A stretch of 64,000 nt of DNA, taken from the NCBI RefSeq assembly GCF_018350175.1, contig NC_058382.1:49602001-49666000 (forward strand), in the 5' to 3' direction. Shown here one piece after another: positions 17,832 to 31,347 of this stretch (within the stretch, counting starts at the first letter, position 1; each line of letters opens with the position of its first letter). Origin of the DNA: Felis catus. Its lineage: Eukaryota. Made by a program: the position numbers and the translations under genes. The notes under the pieces are model-generated. The model worked only from the letters and a program-made list of their open reading frames with translations, had not been told where the DNA came from and ran no database searches.

Positions 17832-19764
17832 TATATCTTTTTTAAGTGGGGCTTTGATTCCACACCATTAAATGACACACGAGGGAACAGAAAAGAAACA
17901 GTGTTGATGGTCCCAGAACAATGAGAAAAGGAGGGTGTACATAACAGGACGGTGATGCATTTGCCGTAAGTAGAGGCCGAGTGACCTCTCGACAGACCCT
18001 GGTCTAGACGCTGGGTGCTCACACGCACATAGCACCCTGCCCTCGTGGGGCCAAAAGCCTAGTGACAGAGACAGACACTAAAGGGACAGGCATATGATGT
18101 CGTGAGTCCTATAGTCCAGGCAGGGAAGGGACAGTGCTGCTGTTCTGGAAGGCTCCCTGGGCCTCCCCCGTAAGGCGGTTTGTAGAGGAAGGTGGGCGGC
18201 CAGAGCAGTCTCCCCCCGGGGCCTGGGAGAAGCTGGCCAGACTGAGCAGAGTGAGCAGCACAGGGTCACTGCTTCTGATTGGAACTCCACGGGCCTGGAG
18301 GTTTTGTCTTGATCTGTACTTTTAGTTCTACAGAAGAGCTATGTGTAGTCACCACGGGGTAGGTTCAAAGTGCTTCCCCGAGGGGCAAGCGGGGGCTCTG
18401 ACCAGTGGGGATGGTGGCCGCAGGTGGCGCGGGGCTCCTAGAGGAACCCCGTCTCTGGGGAAGGGCTGAGGCAGCCGTACTTCTGGGGACGTAGAGGGCG
18501 TCCCCACTAACTGGGTCTGAGGCTTTCTGATACCTCAGCAGGCTGTGTGGTCCTCCCGGGGGTCCCAGCTGAGTGTCAGCCATGGCCTTGAGGGTAAGGA
18601 ATCCATATCTAAGTTTCAGGTCAGGGTCACTTATTGAAACATTAACACGTGCTGGGTTTTCTTCTCGTTTTTTCCCTCCCTCATTCCAAGCAGGTCGCCA
18701 CGCCAATTGTATTTTCCTTGCCTCAGGGACTTTTCCAGAGAGTCTCTGGATCTCTAGGTCTGTTGTGGAAGTGAACTCCCGGCCCACCTGAGCGAAGGAG
18801 GAGGAACTGGCCTCAGAAGGCTACCTGAAAGGGAGGGAGAGCTTCCCCAGTGAGAGATGAGCCAGGGTGGCTCAGAGCAACCCGGTCGGTCACGTTTGAG
18901 CCTATTTGTCGCTGCATTTTGTGCTTTGACAACAAACCAGACCGTGAGGGGAGCACTCCCTGGGGGCGGGGTGAGCTCCGTGTTACCAAGAGTGATCCCA
19001 GGGCCGCGTGCCCACAGCCGTTCCCCCTTCTCACCCCCACAGGCGGTTCCCGAGCCCCCCCCCCCCCAGCTCTCAGGGGGAGACTGATTCCTGTAAGCAG
19101 GAGAGGCTAAGAGGAGTCCCGGGGACCCCCGTCCCGCCCTTCCTGCACTGTGGCGGTCTCGTGGGGCTGTGGCACTTGGCACTTGGGCCACCATCTCGAG
19201 GCCCTGACAAGAAAGACAGAGATCCTGCCTCGGGATTACGGCATCACTGAGCTGCTGAGCAAAACCCGCATTTGCAACCTCCAAATCTCTGCTGGTTCGC
19301 TCTCAGAGAAGCAAATCCCGGTTGTTTAATCACCGCGTCATGTGTTTTATGACAAGAAGCATCTGGACTAGTACAAAGTAACCGTAAGAATGGAGCTACG
19401 TGTCTTCGTTTTCCCCTTCTGACCCACCTTCCAGCTTTCTCCACCGTGCTGGCTCCCGCGGACTGACCCTCGGGGACAGAGCAGGGTCCTGTCTCGGGGG
19501 GAGGGAGAGAGGTCTGCTACTTATTCTCTGAGGGTTGGCTGCGCCCCTCTCCACCGGCTGCAGTTCCTTTCAGGAGGCCCTCTCTGCTCAGGCCCCCGTT
19601 CTGGGTTCCAGAACTGCTCTCCCCTTGTCCTGTCAGTTCTGGGGATGTCCCTATTGTCGCCAGGGCCCTGTGCACCTCACTCGCCTTTTTCTTTTCTTTT
19701 TTTAAGAGGAGGGGTTTGTCCACGAGGGCAGAGGAGGGAACTGGCAGTTAGGATCTTTTTTTCT

Positions 19765-19947
19765 TTTTTATGTTTATTCATTTTTGAGAGAGAGCGAATG
19801 AGCAAGAATGGGGCAGAGAGAAAGGGGGACAGAGGATCCAAAGCAGGCTCTGCAATGACACCCCATGTGGGGCTTGAACTCACAAACCGTGAGATCATGA
19901 CCTGAGCCGAAGTCAGACGTTCAACCAACTAAGCCACTCAGGCGCCC
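19765..19947 (-). mobile_element. CanSINE
   Basis: Reverse-complemented head and body. Confidence 0.8.
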
Positions 19948-20384
19948 CTCCTCACTCACCGTTTTTGTTTTCCCTAAGCCCTGCCCACCCTTTGTAAAGT
20001 TCCCTTTATTTAAACTCACCTCAATCAGCCCAGTTTTGAGTGTGCCACCTGTTTTCAGGCTGATATACAGGCTGTGCCCCCAGGACCACTGAACACGGGA
20101 TTCTGGGAAAGGGCTGCCCACATACTGGAGAAGTCCACGGAGAACCTCTATGTCAGGGACGATGAGGCCCGGGTAGCCCATGGCATGCGGTGGCATCACG
20201 ATACTCAAATTAACACTGGGGGTGGCAAAGGCTGGAGCGCAGGCGGGAATAAGGCAGCGGAGGGTAAGTGGCTGTGGCCCCGAGTTCCCCCAGGTTCAGT
20301 GCTGATCATAAACACTGGGGAGTCGCACCAGTGGTCCAGGAGCGCACGACAGGGTGATCAGTCATTAGAGAAGTGCACATCGAA

Positions 20385-22810
20385 ACCACAGTGAGATATA
20401 GTTCATACCCATTAGGATGGCAAACAGAAGCGAAAACCAGAAAACAGCAAATAACAAGAATTAGGATGTGAAGAAATGAGATCCCTCACCCACTAGAAGC
20501 GTGCATTAAAGACAGATTCAACCTATGATCTCACCATTCCACTTCCGCAAATATACCCGGAAGAAGTGAAAACAGGTCCCCACAGACAAATCTGCAGACC
20601 TGTCTGTAGCAACATCATTTACGGTCTAGGACACGGAAGCAACCCACATATCTCAAACGAATCGTGGTCCACACAGGGGATGGAGTATTATGCAGCCTTA
20701 AAAAGGAAGGAGATTCTGACCCAGGCTACCACATGGGGGAACCTAGAGGACACTGTGCGGAGTGAGTAAGCCAGCCACAAAAAGGCCAAGATCTGCACGA
20801 TCTGTTTACAGGAGATGATTGCACAGGAAGTAGACTGGTGGTTGCCTGGGGGCTGGCAGAGGGACACGGTGACAGCTTAATGGGTACGGAGTTTCAGTGT
20901 GGCAAGATGAAGAGTTCTGGACACGGTGGTGATGACGGCTGCACAAAATGTAGACGCTCCTAATACCACTGAGCCGTTCACTTGAACGTGGTCAAGATGG
21001 TCAATGTTGTGTGGTATGTATTTTACCACAATTTGAAACATTTTACAAACACATACACACGGGGGCACCTGAGTGGCTCAGTTTGTTAAGCACCGACTCT
21101 TGGTTTTGGCTCAGGTCATGATCTCGCAGTTTGTGGGTTCAGGCCCCACATGGGGATCTGTGCCGATCAGGGCCTCCTTGGGATTCTCTCTCTCTCCCTC
21201 TCTCTCTGCCCATTTCCCACTCGTGTGCTCTTTCTCTCTCTCAAAATAAATAAACTTTAAAACACACACACACACACGATACCACTTCATGATAGCTATA
21301 GCTATAATTGAAAAATTTTTGTTTATAATTTAAAATTATTTTATTTTTAAGATTAAAAAAATTTTTTTTAAGTTTATTTATTTATTTTGAGGGGGGTGGG
21401 TACAGAGAGAGAGGAAGAGAAAGAATCCCAAGCAGGCTCTGCGCTGTCCAAGCAGAGGCTGCTGTGGGGTTCAATCCCAGAAACGGGGAGACCACGATCT
21501 GAGCTGAAATCAACAGCCAGACACCCAACCGACTGAGCCACCCAGGTGCCCCACGGCCATAATTTTTTAAATAGGCAATAACAAATTTTGGCAAGGATGT
21601 GGAGAGAGCGGAACCCTCATGCATTGCTGGAGGGAATGTAAAACGCTGTCATCTCTGTGGAAAACAGTATGATGGTTCCTGAGAAAGCTAAAAATAGAAT
21701 TAGTATAGGGCCCAGCAATTCCACTCCTATGTATATGATCCTCAAAAATGAAAGCAGAGAGTCGAGCAGATATTGGTGCAACAGTGTTCACGGCAGCACA
21801 ATACCCAAAAGGTGGACACAACCCAGATGTCCATCAGTGGACGAATGGAGAGACAGCATGTGGAGCATCCATGCAATGGAATACTATTCAGCCCTGAAAA
21901 ATAGCAGAGCAGTGACACATCCTACAACAGGGATCAACCCTGAAAACTTTACGCTCGAAGACAGAGTCACCGTAAACTACCGACTGTGCGATTCCATTTC
22001 CATGAAACATCCACAATAGGCAAATGCATAGAGACAGAAATTGAAGTAGAGGCTGCAAGGGCTAGAGGGGGCAGGAAAATTGGAGGTATTGCTCGATGGA
22101 CACAGAGTTTCTAGTAGAGGTGATGAAAAAGTTTTGGAAACAGTGGGCCCGGTTGTACAACCTCGTGAATGTAATCCATGCTACTGAATTGTACTCTTAG
22201 AAGTGGTTAAAACGGGGGCGCCTGAGTGGCTCAGTCGGTTGAGCGTCCGACTTCAGCTCAGGTCATGATCTCACACTCCATGAGTTCGAGCCCCGCGTCA
22301 GGCTCTGTGCTGACAGCTCGGAGCCTGGAGCCTGCTTCAGATTCTGTGTCTCCCTCTCTTTCTCTGCCTCTCCCCTGCTCATGCTCTCTCTCTGTCTCAA
22401 AAATAAATAAAAACATTTAAAAAAAATTTTTTTTAAATGGTTAAAATAGCAGTATGCCTGGGTGGCTCAGTCAGGTAGACATCCAACTCTTGATTTCAAT
22501 TCAGGTCATGATCTCATGGTTCGTGAGATCGAGCCCCGTGTCAGGCTCTGCACTGACAGCCAAAAGCCTGCTTGGGATTCTGTCTCTCCCTGTCCCTCTG
22601 CCCCTCCCCTGTCTGTGCGCACAAGCTCACGTGCTCTCTCTCTCTCTCCAAATAAATAAATACACGTAAAAAAAATTTTTTTTGATGGTTAAAATGGCAA
22701 ATTTTACGTTATACATGTTTTACCACAATTTTCAAAATTTAATGTAATATACCCAAAACCACTGATTTGTCCACTTTAAATAGGTGAGTTGTATACTATG
22801 TGGTTCATAC
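20385..22810 (+). mobile_element. Two old LINE-1 3' ends (L1MA/MB-like) with four inserted SINEs (~21062-21260, 21365-21552, 22215-22425, 22455-22670)
   Basis: L1 ORF2 C-terminal and 3' UTR motifs: aatggaatactattcagcc, cagcaattccactcc, gtggtgatgacggctgcaca, tattttaccacaat. Confidence 0.8.
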
Positions 22811-22812
22811 CG

Positions 22813-23925
22813 TGTGGCCGAGGACGAGCCTGGAGCCTGACCTGGGGCTTGGAAAGTTGCAGAACCTGACACATACTCAACCCCGTCAGGTTAGGAGCTG
22901 GTGGGGAAGGGGTGGGGCCCCTGAAAACATGAGATGGGGTGCTTCGGGCAAAGCAAGGCTATAGAGAACTCTGAACCCCCAAATCTCTGTGACCCTCCCC
23001 CCCCAAGCCAGCACAGGTGTTCGCATCCCCTGTCTGAGAGAACCAATCTCTCTCTGCATAAAAGCTCTCTGGAACATCCTGGGGCCGTCACCTTCTGAGA
23101 CAATGCCAGTTGTCCTCAGAAACTACCCCACCAATCCGTATCACCCCTACGAGACTAGATCCTTCACATTTCCCTGTACTCACACCTTTCACCCTTAAAC
23201 TCCATATGGAAGGTGAGAGACTGAACACACAAACGGACAAGAGCCAGGCCGTATAGAAGACGGAAGAACAACTCCGACCTGCCGTCTGCAGCCGCCAGCC
23301 CAGCGAGCCAGGAACACCGGGCCCCAAAGGCCAGGCCTTGAGTCTCGGACGGCTTCCCTAACCTTTGCCCCACTTCCAAGGTAGGACCAGCCAAAGCAAG
23401 TGTGCACGCTAACCGTTCACGTGGGATGCCCCGCTTCCAGGCGGCCCCCCCCCCCAGGCTTTCCCGCGCCAAGGGCCTGCGATCAGGGCACCCCTGAAGC
23501 CTGCCGTTCGTCCGGAACAGAAGTTTCCCTCTCGCCTGCCTGCCTGCGAGTCTCTCCCCGGCTCCGTGCTGTGCGTGGCGAGCTCCGAACGAAGAGCCTC
23601 GGCTTGTGGTCGTTCCCGTGGTCCTCCCGGACTTCCACAAAGGCCAGGCTCCTGTTGGCGGCGCCCCCCACGCACGTTCCCCTCCAGGGTCCAGGTGAGG
23701 TCTCCTGCACTTCCAGCCCCGCGGTGCGTCCCCCACCGTTGTCAGCTGGGAGCTCCCCTTCTCCTGGTTTCCCGAGGCCGCGCCCACACCTTCACAAGTG
23801 GTCTGTTAAAGGTTCCACGAGTTGCCCGGTTGATCCGGCTATTTGTTTCCTCTGCGGCCGGGGTTCCGGGTAGATACGGTCAGGCGGCCCAAAACTGCTT
23901 GTATTATCAGCTGAACGTGACTTTT
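22813..23925 (+). mobile_element. Putative ERV1-like LTR plus leader sequence
   Basis: Starts TG directly within an L1 3' end; CCAAT (~23043) and CATAAAA (~23057); PBS-like cagcgagccagga (~23301); CpG-rich leader. No second LTR seen. Confidence 0.4.
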
Positions 23926-23927
23926 TA

Positions 23928-23945
23928 AGAGAGAGAGAGACATAG

Positions 23946-23985
<40 letters not shown>

Positions 23986-24156
23986 ACGAGCGGGGGAGGG
24001 GGCGGAGGGAGGGAGGGAGGGAGAGGGACTCTTAAGCAGACTCCACGCTCAGTGCAGAACCTGACACGGGGCTTGATCCCACAACCCCGGGATCACGACC
24101 TGAGCCAAAATCAAGAGTCAGACACTCAACCGACTGAGCCGCCCAGGCGGCCCCCT
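23928..24156 (-). mobile_element. CanSINE with expanded (GA)n
   Basis: Reverse-complemented head at ~24156 and long GA repeat. Confidence 0.8.
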
Positions 24157-24782
24157 GGACATGCCTTTTCTTTGAGGAAACGTTGCCAGTTGAGCTACGA
24201 AATAATGCTTTCTTTTCACTTAGGATTTTTAGTTTTGCTTTATGGGAAGAGGCCTTGTTACATATTAAACATAGGCTTTTTATCACCTATTATTCCTGGG
24301 CACACAGAAAGGACCAAACGTAAGAAAGGTAAATGAAGGTATTCCTCACACTCAGTCACCCTGAGAAGCTGGTCCCTCTAAGGCCTCTCCGGGTGGGAGT
24401 CACCTCTGCTCGTGTGGCCCGTGCCATCTGGCCGTCCTGGGTATCCGTGGGGCGGCACTGCTTAGGAGAGACTCGTGCAATGGTGCCTGCGAGGTGTTTC
24501 CAAAAGGCCAGCGTCCACTGGGTGTGGCCGCTCCCTTGACCTTACCGGAAGGGGCCACAAGGATGCTCAGACGCTGACCAGGCTCCTCTGCCTCAAACGG
24601 TCTGGTTTGGAGCCCGAGACAGGCTGACCCTGCCCAGAGATGCCATTAGGAATAACAACCAGGTCTGTACAGGCACCAGGGCCACCTCGCCAGCAACTTA
24701 AAGTGGACATCAACTGTAAGACAACTCTGAATCTCAAAAAAACGAAAATGTGAAAATCATTTGTCTTAGAAACGAGTAGGTT

Positions 24783-24982
24783 GGGGTGCCTGGGTGGCTC
24801 AGTCGGTTAAGCGTCTAACTCTTGAATTCAGTTCAGGTCACGATCTCACGGTTCCTGGCTTCGAGCCCTGTGTTGGGCTCGGCACTGACATCACAGAGCC
24901 TGCTTGGGATTCTTGCCCTCTCTCTCTGCCCCTCCCCACCCACGCTCACAGTCTCTCAAAATAAATAAATAAATTTAAAAAA
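24783..24982 (+). mobile_element. CanSINE
   Basis: Head, body and tail. Confidence 0.85.
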
Positions 24983-25381
24983 CTGATCAAATATGTTCAA
25001 TTAGACAAACATATGTTGGGTGAGCCAAAAAAGCGGGTGAGTGCCATTCCGTGCAGGCCCCCAGCATCAGGCTCCCTGGCTACGTTCGGGGGGTTGCCGG
25101 CCTCGTGGGTTCTGAGCCCAGCGTGGAGTTTGCACCTGGCCGCTGAGCCCCTCGTCTGGTTTTCCAGCTCACCATCCTGACAACACTGTGAGCCTCTTAA
25201 GAAACTCGTTCTCCCCTTAAGTCCACAGAGTTTTGTTTTGCTGGTGACTGAGAATCTTGACTTGCACAAAAAGCCACAACTTTTGAATTGTGGGATGCCA
25301 GGCTGTTCCATTTCAAATGCCTAAGTCCTGCAGGAATCAAGGCATAAGATATGTGCCATTAAAAAAAAAAAAAAAAAAAGA

Positions 25382-25830
25382 GGGGCGCCTGGGTGGCGCA
25401 GTCGGTTAAGCGTCCGACTTCAGCCAGGTCACGATCTCGCGGTCCGTGAGTTCGAGCCCCGCGTCAGGCTCTGGGCTGACGGCTCGGAGCCTGGAGCCTG
25501 CTTCCGATTCTGTGTCTCCCTCTCTCTCTGCCCCTCCCCCGTTCATGCTCTGTCTCTCTCTATCCCAAAAATAAAATAAACATTGAAAAAAAAAAAATTA
25601 AAAAAAAAAAAAAAAGAAAGAAAGACAAGGGGAGCCTGGGTGGCTCGGTTAAGTATCCGACTTCGGCTCAGGTCATGATCTCACAGTTCATGAGTTAGAG
25701 CCCCACATCGGGCTCTGTGCTGACATTTCGGAGTCTGCGTTAATTCGCTCTCTCACTCTCTCTCTGCCCCTCCTAGCTCACATTCTGTGTCTCTCAAAAA
25801 TAAATAAACATTTAAAAAAAAAAGAAAAAA
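25382..25830 (+). mobile_element. Tandem SINEs: young SINEC_Fc-like (25382-~25615) and an older copy (25629-~25830)
   Basis: First copy retains CpGs and a long poly-A tail, and closely matches the 6188-6405 element. Confidence 0.9.
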
Positions 25831-25879
25831 AGATGAAAGAATCAGTTTCCATTTTTCTGATCTCAGAGGAAATACTTTC

Positions 25880-26330
25880 CCTGGTGGCAGTCAGTGATGG
25901 TAGCCTAGCAAAACCTAGTCCTCCATTCTTTCAGATTTTAATGGAGATAGAGAAGGCTCAGCTAAAATGCTTCCTTTCCTGACCCCCTTGCAGCTAGAGG
26001 TGGCCTGGAGAGACAGCTCTGCTAATGACTTGTAAGGAGACGCCACTGGATGCGGCTACTGGGAAGACTTTTTAAAATGGAACAGATTCTGTTGGCATTG
26101 TTTTTTTGCCCTTTTCGCTCCCTCTTCTTTTCCTGCCTGAATGCGGACGTGATGCTTGGAGGTTCAGCAGCCATATTGAAGCCACGAGGAAGATGCCTCG
26201 GGCTTTGAGTTGCCACATCAGCCTCGGACCTTCTCCCTTGAGAATTCTTGTTAAATGAGAAAATAAATGTCTACTTCGCTTAAGCTATGGTTTTTCAGGT
26301 GTCTATATTTCACAGCTGAACACAATGCCA
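25880..26330 (+). mobile_element. Ancient solo LTR (MLT1/LTR16/LTR33-like)
   Basis: Motifs ccttgcagctagaggtggcc, cagcagccatattg, tgagaaaataaatgtctac…ttaagcta typical of ERVL/MaLR LTRs. Confidence 0.55.
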
Positions 26331-26957
26331 GCACATGCCCGGCAGTTTGGAATATGTGACAGTTCCCCCCGCCTCCAAATATTAACTTAAGATGTCCTGA
26401 GCTAGAGGAGAAAGGAGTGTTCAGGGTGCATCTCTGACAACAGGCTTGAGATCCTGCCCGCAGCCATCTTCTGTTCCCTACTCTGCCATGGCTGGGGGGA
26501 AAAATGATAGGAAAACAAGGGAGTTTAAGGCAGGGCCTTTGTCTTACTGCCTCTGACCAACCTTAGACATGCACCTCCAATCCCATCTTGCTGTGGAGTC
26601 CGAGAGCAGGGAGGGCCGCCTGTGAAGACCGGGAGGCTGGACCCTGCAGAGCGCCCCGAGCCTAGCACAGCAGAGGAAGCAGCCAGAAGTCTCCCAGGGT
26701 CCCGCAAGAGTGCGGCAGGAGCGGCTGAGAAAGAAGCCTAGCCCCGGGGAGGCCTCGGGACAGGGAAGAGAAAAGGCCAGCTGCAGCCGCGAGACGCAGG
26801 TTCCTCGGCAACCAGCAGTGTGGGCACCTGAGGAGAACCGGCTCCCCTCTGGACATCTGGGTTCACTGCCAGCCAAGGATGACAGTAGTTACGCTCCATG
26901 GGCTGAGATTTGGTTTCAGGCTCCTGACAAAATAAATGATCAAAACAGAAATGACGC

Positions 26958-27385
26958 GGGGCACCTGGGTGGCTCAGGGCACGCAGTGTCTGACTTCAGC
27001 TCAGGGCACGAGCTCACGGACCGTGGGTTTGAGCCTCGCATCCGGCTCTGTGCTGACAGCAAAGAGGGCCGCTTTGGATCCTGTCTCCTTCTCTCTCTGC
27101 CCCTCCCCCACTCGCACTCTCTCAAAAATAAATAAACATTAAAAAAAAAAAACAGAAACAGGGGCACCTTGGTGGCTCAGTCGGCTAAGCATCTGACTCC
27201 GGCTTGGGTCATGATCTCACAGGTCATGGGTTCAAGCCCTGCGTCGGGCTCTGTGTGGACAGCTCCGCCTGCTTTGGGTTCTGTGTCTCCCTCTCTCTGC
27301 CCCTCCCCTACCTGCACTCTGTCTCTGTCTCTATCTCTGTCTCTCTCTCTCTCAAAAATAAGTAAACATTAAAAAAAGTTTTTAA
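26958..27385 (+). mobile_element. Two tandem CanSINEs
   Basis: Heads at ~26958 and ~27161, each with CT tract and A tail. Confidence 0.85.
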
Positions 27386-28399
27386 AAAGAAAAGAAACAA
27401 TGTTCTCTAATAGAAAAACTTAAAACCTTACATTTTTCACATGCCTGTGTGTAGGGCTGAGAGTCACCTCAGGACAAGGAACGAAAAAGAGGGCTGGGAT
27501 GGGGAAGAGGCAACAGCCCAAACTTCCAGGTGGGAGAACGGCGCATGCATTGTGGGGTGAGGGAACAAACTACTAACAGAGGCAAGAACACAAGTGAATC
27601 ATAAAACCATTTGCCTGAAAGAATCCAGATGCAAAGACAGGAGGTTCCACTTATGTAAATTTCTATAACAGGCAAACCTAATCTATGGAGAAGAAATAGT
27701 TACAGTGGTTGCTGGTTGCCTCAGGAGAGGGGTAGCTGGAAAGAGGCGTGAGGGAACTTTCTGGGGTGACGGCATTAATTTACATCTTGGTTGTTGTGTC
27801 TGTTACACTATGGTGTGCGCCTGCATGTATGTATATATATAAATTCATACTGCTGTTTACTTAAGATCTGTGCATTTCATCATATGTAAATTATACTTCA
27901 GTGTATCTTATTTTTAATAAAAAAGAGAGTTCGGATTTGACTCCTTAGGAGGCAGGACTTCAAGAAGGAAGTTCACCTAAGGAAACTGACATCTGAGTTC
28001 CGGCCTCGAGCAATGCCCTAGTGTTAGAGTTGGCAACCATGGGAGGACGCGTGCGTAATGCTCACCTCCCCCCACCCCGTCCACGCCGACAGGACCGGGA
28101 TCCCCGGCACAACCCCCACCCGAGGCCAAATCCCAGGAGGCAGCTGGGCAGAGACTGGCCCAGGGCCCCCAGCAAAGCTCTTCACCTCCACACAGGCTGC
28201 CTGGGAAAGAGCTGTCCCCGTCATGTTTGCTCCCAGGGCGCACATGGATCGGGTCGTCTCCTGAATACATTTCAGTGAGTTACACCTTTCCCCGGGCTTG
28301 CTTCAGCACTGCCCGCTGAACACACTAGACGCTGCCTGCTTGCAACGAGGTAACAAGCGCAGAGTTACGACTTTCTCAGATGGCAGACAACCCGCAAGC

Positions 28400-29350
28400 A
28401 AAGCCGCACCTTCTCCCTGGGAGTGTGCACGAGCGCGGACGGGTGCACTCCAGGGGCTTAGGAAGCAGGGTTCCAGACCCCTGGCTGGGAAGTTAGAAAT
28501 ATTGACGAAAAATGCAAGCCAGGAAAATATTCGTTACCGTAAACTTGATTGGCTGAACAACTTCTGGGCGCAGACACCCGTCGGCTTGTCCCGGGACGCC
28601 GACGAGAGGCTGCTGGGCGGGGGCCGGCCGTAGCCGAGGCCGAGCTGCGCCCGTGAGGAGGCGCTCTGCGCGCAGGCGCGGAGGAGCCTTGGCGTCGTAA
28701 GGAAGGGAAGGGCAGGGCGCAGGCAAAAGGGTCCCTCGGGTGGGTCTGGGGTCGCGGCGGGGCGGGGTGGAGGGCCCGGGCCCCGCCCCAGTGAACCTCT
28801 GGCCCCGCCCCCGGCAGGAGTGGGCGCAGGTGCGGGCTCGCCCTCCCCGCCTCCACCTGCAGCTGCGCGCTTTCTCAGACCTCTCAGGCAGCGCGAACGG
28901 CGCGGGGGGGTGGGGCGCGGGCGGGCAGTCTGTTCCCAAGGCCTCAGCCACCTGCTGGCTCGGGCCGTCCTGGCCCCGCCCCCGCCACTCTGCCCCTCCC
29001 CCTCTCGGGTCCCGCTACACCCGCGGTCGCTGCCACTGCGCCTCTGGGGCGACCGCTGCGGCTCCACAGATGGAACAACTCACCGGGGGCCGCAGCATCA
29101 GGGCCAGCCGCTCCCGACAGTGCCTCCACCTGGGCCTTCCTCGGTCGCCCCCCTCAGCCTCTCAGCCCTGGCCCCCTGCCTTGTGGGCTCATCGGTGCCC
29201 TTTGGCCTCCTCCGGGCGACCACCTGCGACATTAGGCACACTTTGCTCTTTGCTCTGTGTCCAGCTCAGGCGTGGACACAGCCTCCGAGCTTTGCTTGGC
29301 GCACTCCCGCATGCTCCCGTGACTTAAATGTCCGGGTGTGGGTGAGGCCC
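28400..29350. promoter_or_regulatory. Orphan CpG island with housekeeping-promoter motifs
   Basis: High CpG density, inverted CCAAT (ATTGG ~28548), NRF1-like GCGCAGGCGC (~28670), several GC boxes (GGGCGG/CCGCCC, 28755-28985). Confidence 0.6.
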
Positions 29351-29374
29351 TCCTGCCTCGGTATTAATAATGGT

Positions 29375-29747
29375 AAGGTTTGTGAGATCGAGCACCCCCC
29401 GAGCCCGGAGGGGGCTCTGTGCTGATGGATCCGATTCGGATCCACTGCTCCCCTCGCTCTCTGCCCCTCCCCCCCCCCACACCACTCACTTTCTCTCTCT
29501 TAAAAATAAACCGGCATTTAACAAAATCTTTTTAAAATGATAAGGATATGAGGCACCTGACTGGCTCAGTCCGTTAAGTATCCGACTTCAGCTCAGGTCA
29601 CGATCTCAACGGTTGGTGGGTTTGAGCCCCACATCCGGCTTTGTGCTGACGGTGCTGAGCCTGCCTCAGATTCTGTCTCTCTCTCTCTCTCTCTGCCCCT
29701 GCCCGATTTGCACTCTCACTCTCTCAATGATAAATAAACATTTAAAA
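29375..29747 (+). mobile_element. Partial and full CanSINEs
   Basis: 5'-truncated copy ~29375-29515; full copy ~29550-29747. Confidence 0.8.
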
Positions 29748-30784
29748 TTTTTTGTTTTAAATGATAACTCCTTAGCTGGTGGAATGTACATTTTACTTTT
29801 TTTTTTTTTTTTAACTTAAACTCTCCAACTCCTCCCCATGGAAGCTTGCTAAAGCAGGAGAAATTTGTTTCTTTTCTTTTGTTCCAGTTGACTAGGGGCC
29901 TGGGCCTGGTAAGCGTGAGTTGTAAGGAAGAACAGGCTTGCTCAGGTAGCATGGTCTCACAGAAGGGGCCACCCCGCCCCCTGCAACCCATTTTGTGCCT
30001 TGCCTTCCCACCTGATATAGTGTGGCCATGCCTTGCTGTCACGGGACAGTCTTCTAGAACGTGGGAAGGGCACCAACAGGCAATGCAGGAAGGAGTTCAG
30101 AGGACCAGCGAGTATGGATGATTTTGTGTTAGGCCTGGTCCTGGCTCAAGATGGGTCATGCCCTTTCATACTGTGGGATCCACACTATAAGCATCTCCCA
30201 TTTTACATGCTTAGAAACAAAACCAGAGAGGGCAGGTAACCTGCCCAAGTCTCCACAGCTGTTTGGTGCTGAAATGTGTGCCGTGGAGCACGCTACGGTC
30301 ATCGATGCAATGGAAGTTAAAAACAGCCCTGAGATACCATTTTCCTTGTGTGTTTCGCGGGGCTTCGCTGTGCCTGGCAGCCTCACCTTCAGATTTCTCC
30401 TCTTCCAGTTTCCCTGGTGCTGAGAAAGGGCCCCACTGCCCACCCTGTCGGCCAAGCCAGAAACAGGCCTCCTGCCTGCCTCCCCACGCCCCCATTTCCT
30501 GCCTGACCAGCCTCTACCAGCTCTCACTGGGTCCAGTCTTGCCCCAGATGCCACATGCTCCATTCCAGGAGCCCATGGGGACTAAGTGACCCAGCCTCAC
30601 GTGAACGGGCAGTGGGCGGCTTGCTCTTCTGAGCCGCACTGCACACAGGCCACGTGGCCTCCCCAGCTGTGGAACAGAAGGAACCTTCACTGAGACTTCT
30701 TGACCACCCCCCAAGACCAGGGTAGCATCCTCAGCCCCATGGCCAGACGCCCCTTTGTCCTCCCTACTTGATCACACTGCCCAG

Positions 30785-30980
30785 GTTTTTGTTTTGTTCT
30801 GTTTTCTTTTGTTTTGTTTTTAGGGGGGTGGGTGCAGAGGGAAGGAAAAGAGAGAATCTTAAGCAGGCTCTGTGCCGAGCACAGAGCCTGAGGCGGGGCT
30901 CAATCCCATGACCCTGGGATCGTGACCTGAGCCAAAATCAATAGTCGGATGCTCGACTGACCGAGCCATCCCAGAGCCCC
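30785..30980 (-). mobile_element. CanSINE upstream of gene 2
   Basis: Reverse head, T-rich tail, ctgcccagg flanks. Confidence 0.8.
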
Positions 30981-31218
30981 TGCCCAGGGGTTTTGAATAA
31001 CTAACAGACCAGATAAATTACTTATCCAAGTTTCTCCAGTCTATGAGACAATAGGCTGGGGCTCCAACCCTGCCAGGCCTGGCCCTGGCCCTCCTGAAAC
31101 AGGGCCTAGAAGAGGAAGCCCAAGCTTCCTGAGCCCTTCCCTGTGGCTGTGGGTCGAGGGCCACCTTGTTTGGTCCCACCTTCGCCCTTGACCCAGACCC
31201 AAGCTCAACCATGGGCCG

Positions 31219-31347
31219 CAGCTGCTGCCATCCCAGGCCCTGATGCCAGGCCTGCTCTGGCACCTCCTGCCTACTCGGGCACACGCCCAGGAAAGGGATT
31301 GTCACCTCAAGGTTTTCCGATAACAGCCTGGTGCACAGGGATATAAT
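31219..31347 (+). promoter_or_regulatory. Promoter of gene 2 (degenerate PTF1 site, NR5A2/GATA module, TATA)
   Basis: CAGCTG-CTGC-CATCCCA (31219-31235), TCAAGGTTTTCCGATAA (31307-31323), ATATAAT (31341-31347). Confidence 0.7.

Noticed and set aside
18840..19450. Non-repetitive segment resembling a distal enhancer upstream of gene 1
   Set aside because: No convincing motif cluster by eye; conservation or chromatin data would be needed.
25382..25460. tRNA-like A/B boxes in SINE heads throughout the window
   Set aside because: tRNA-derived CanSINE heads, not tRNA genes.
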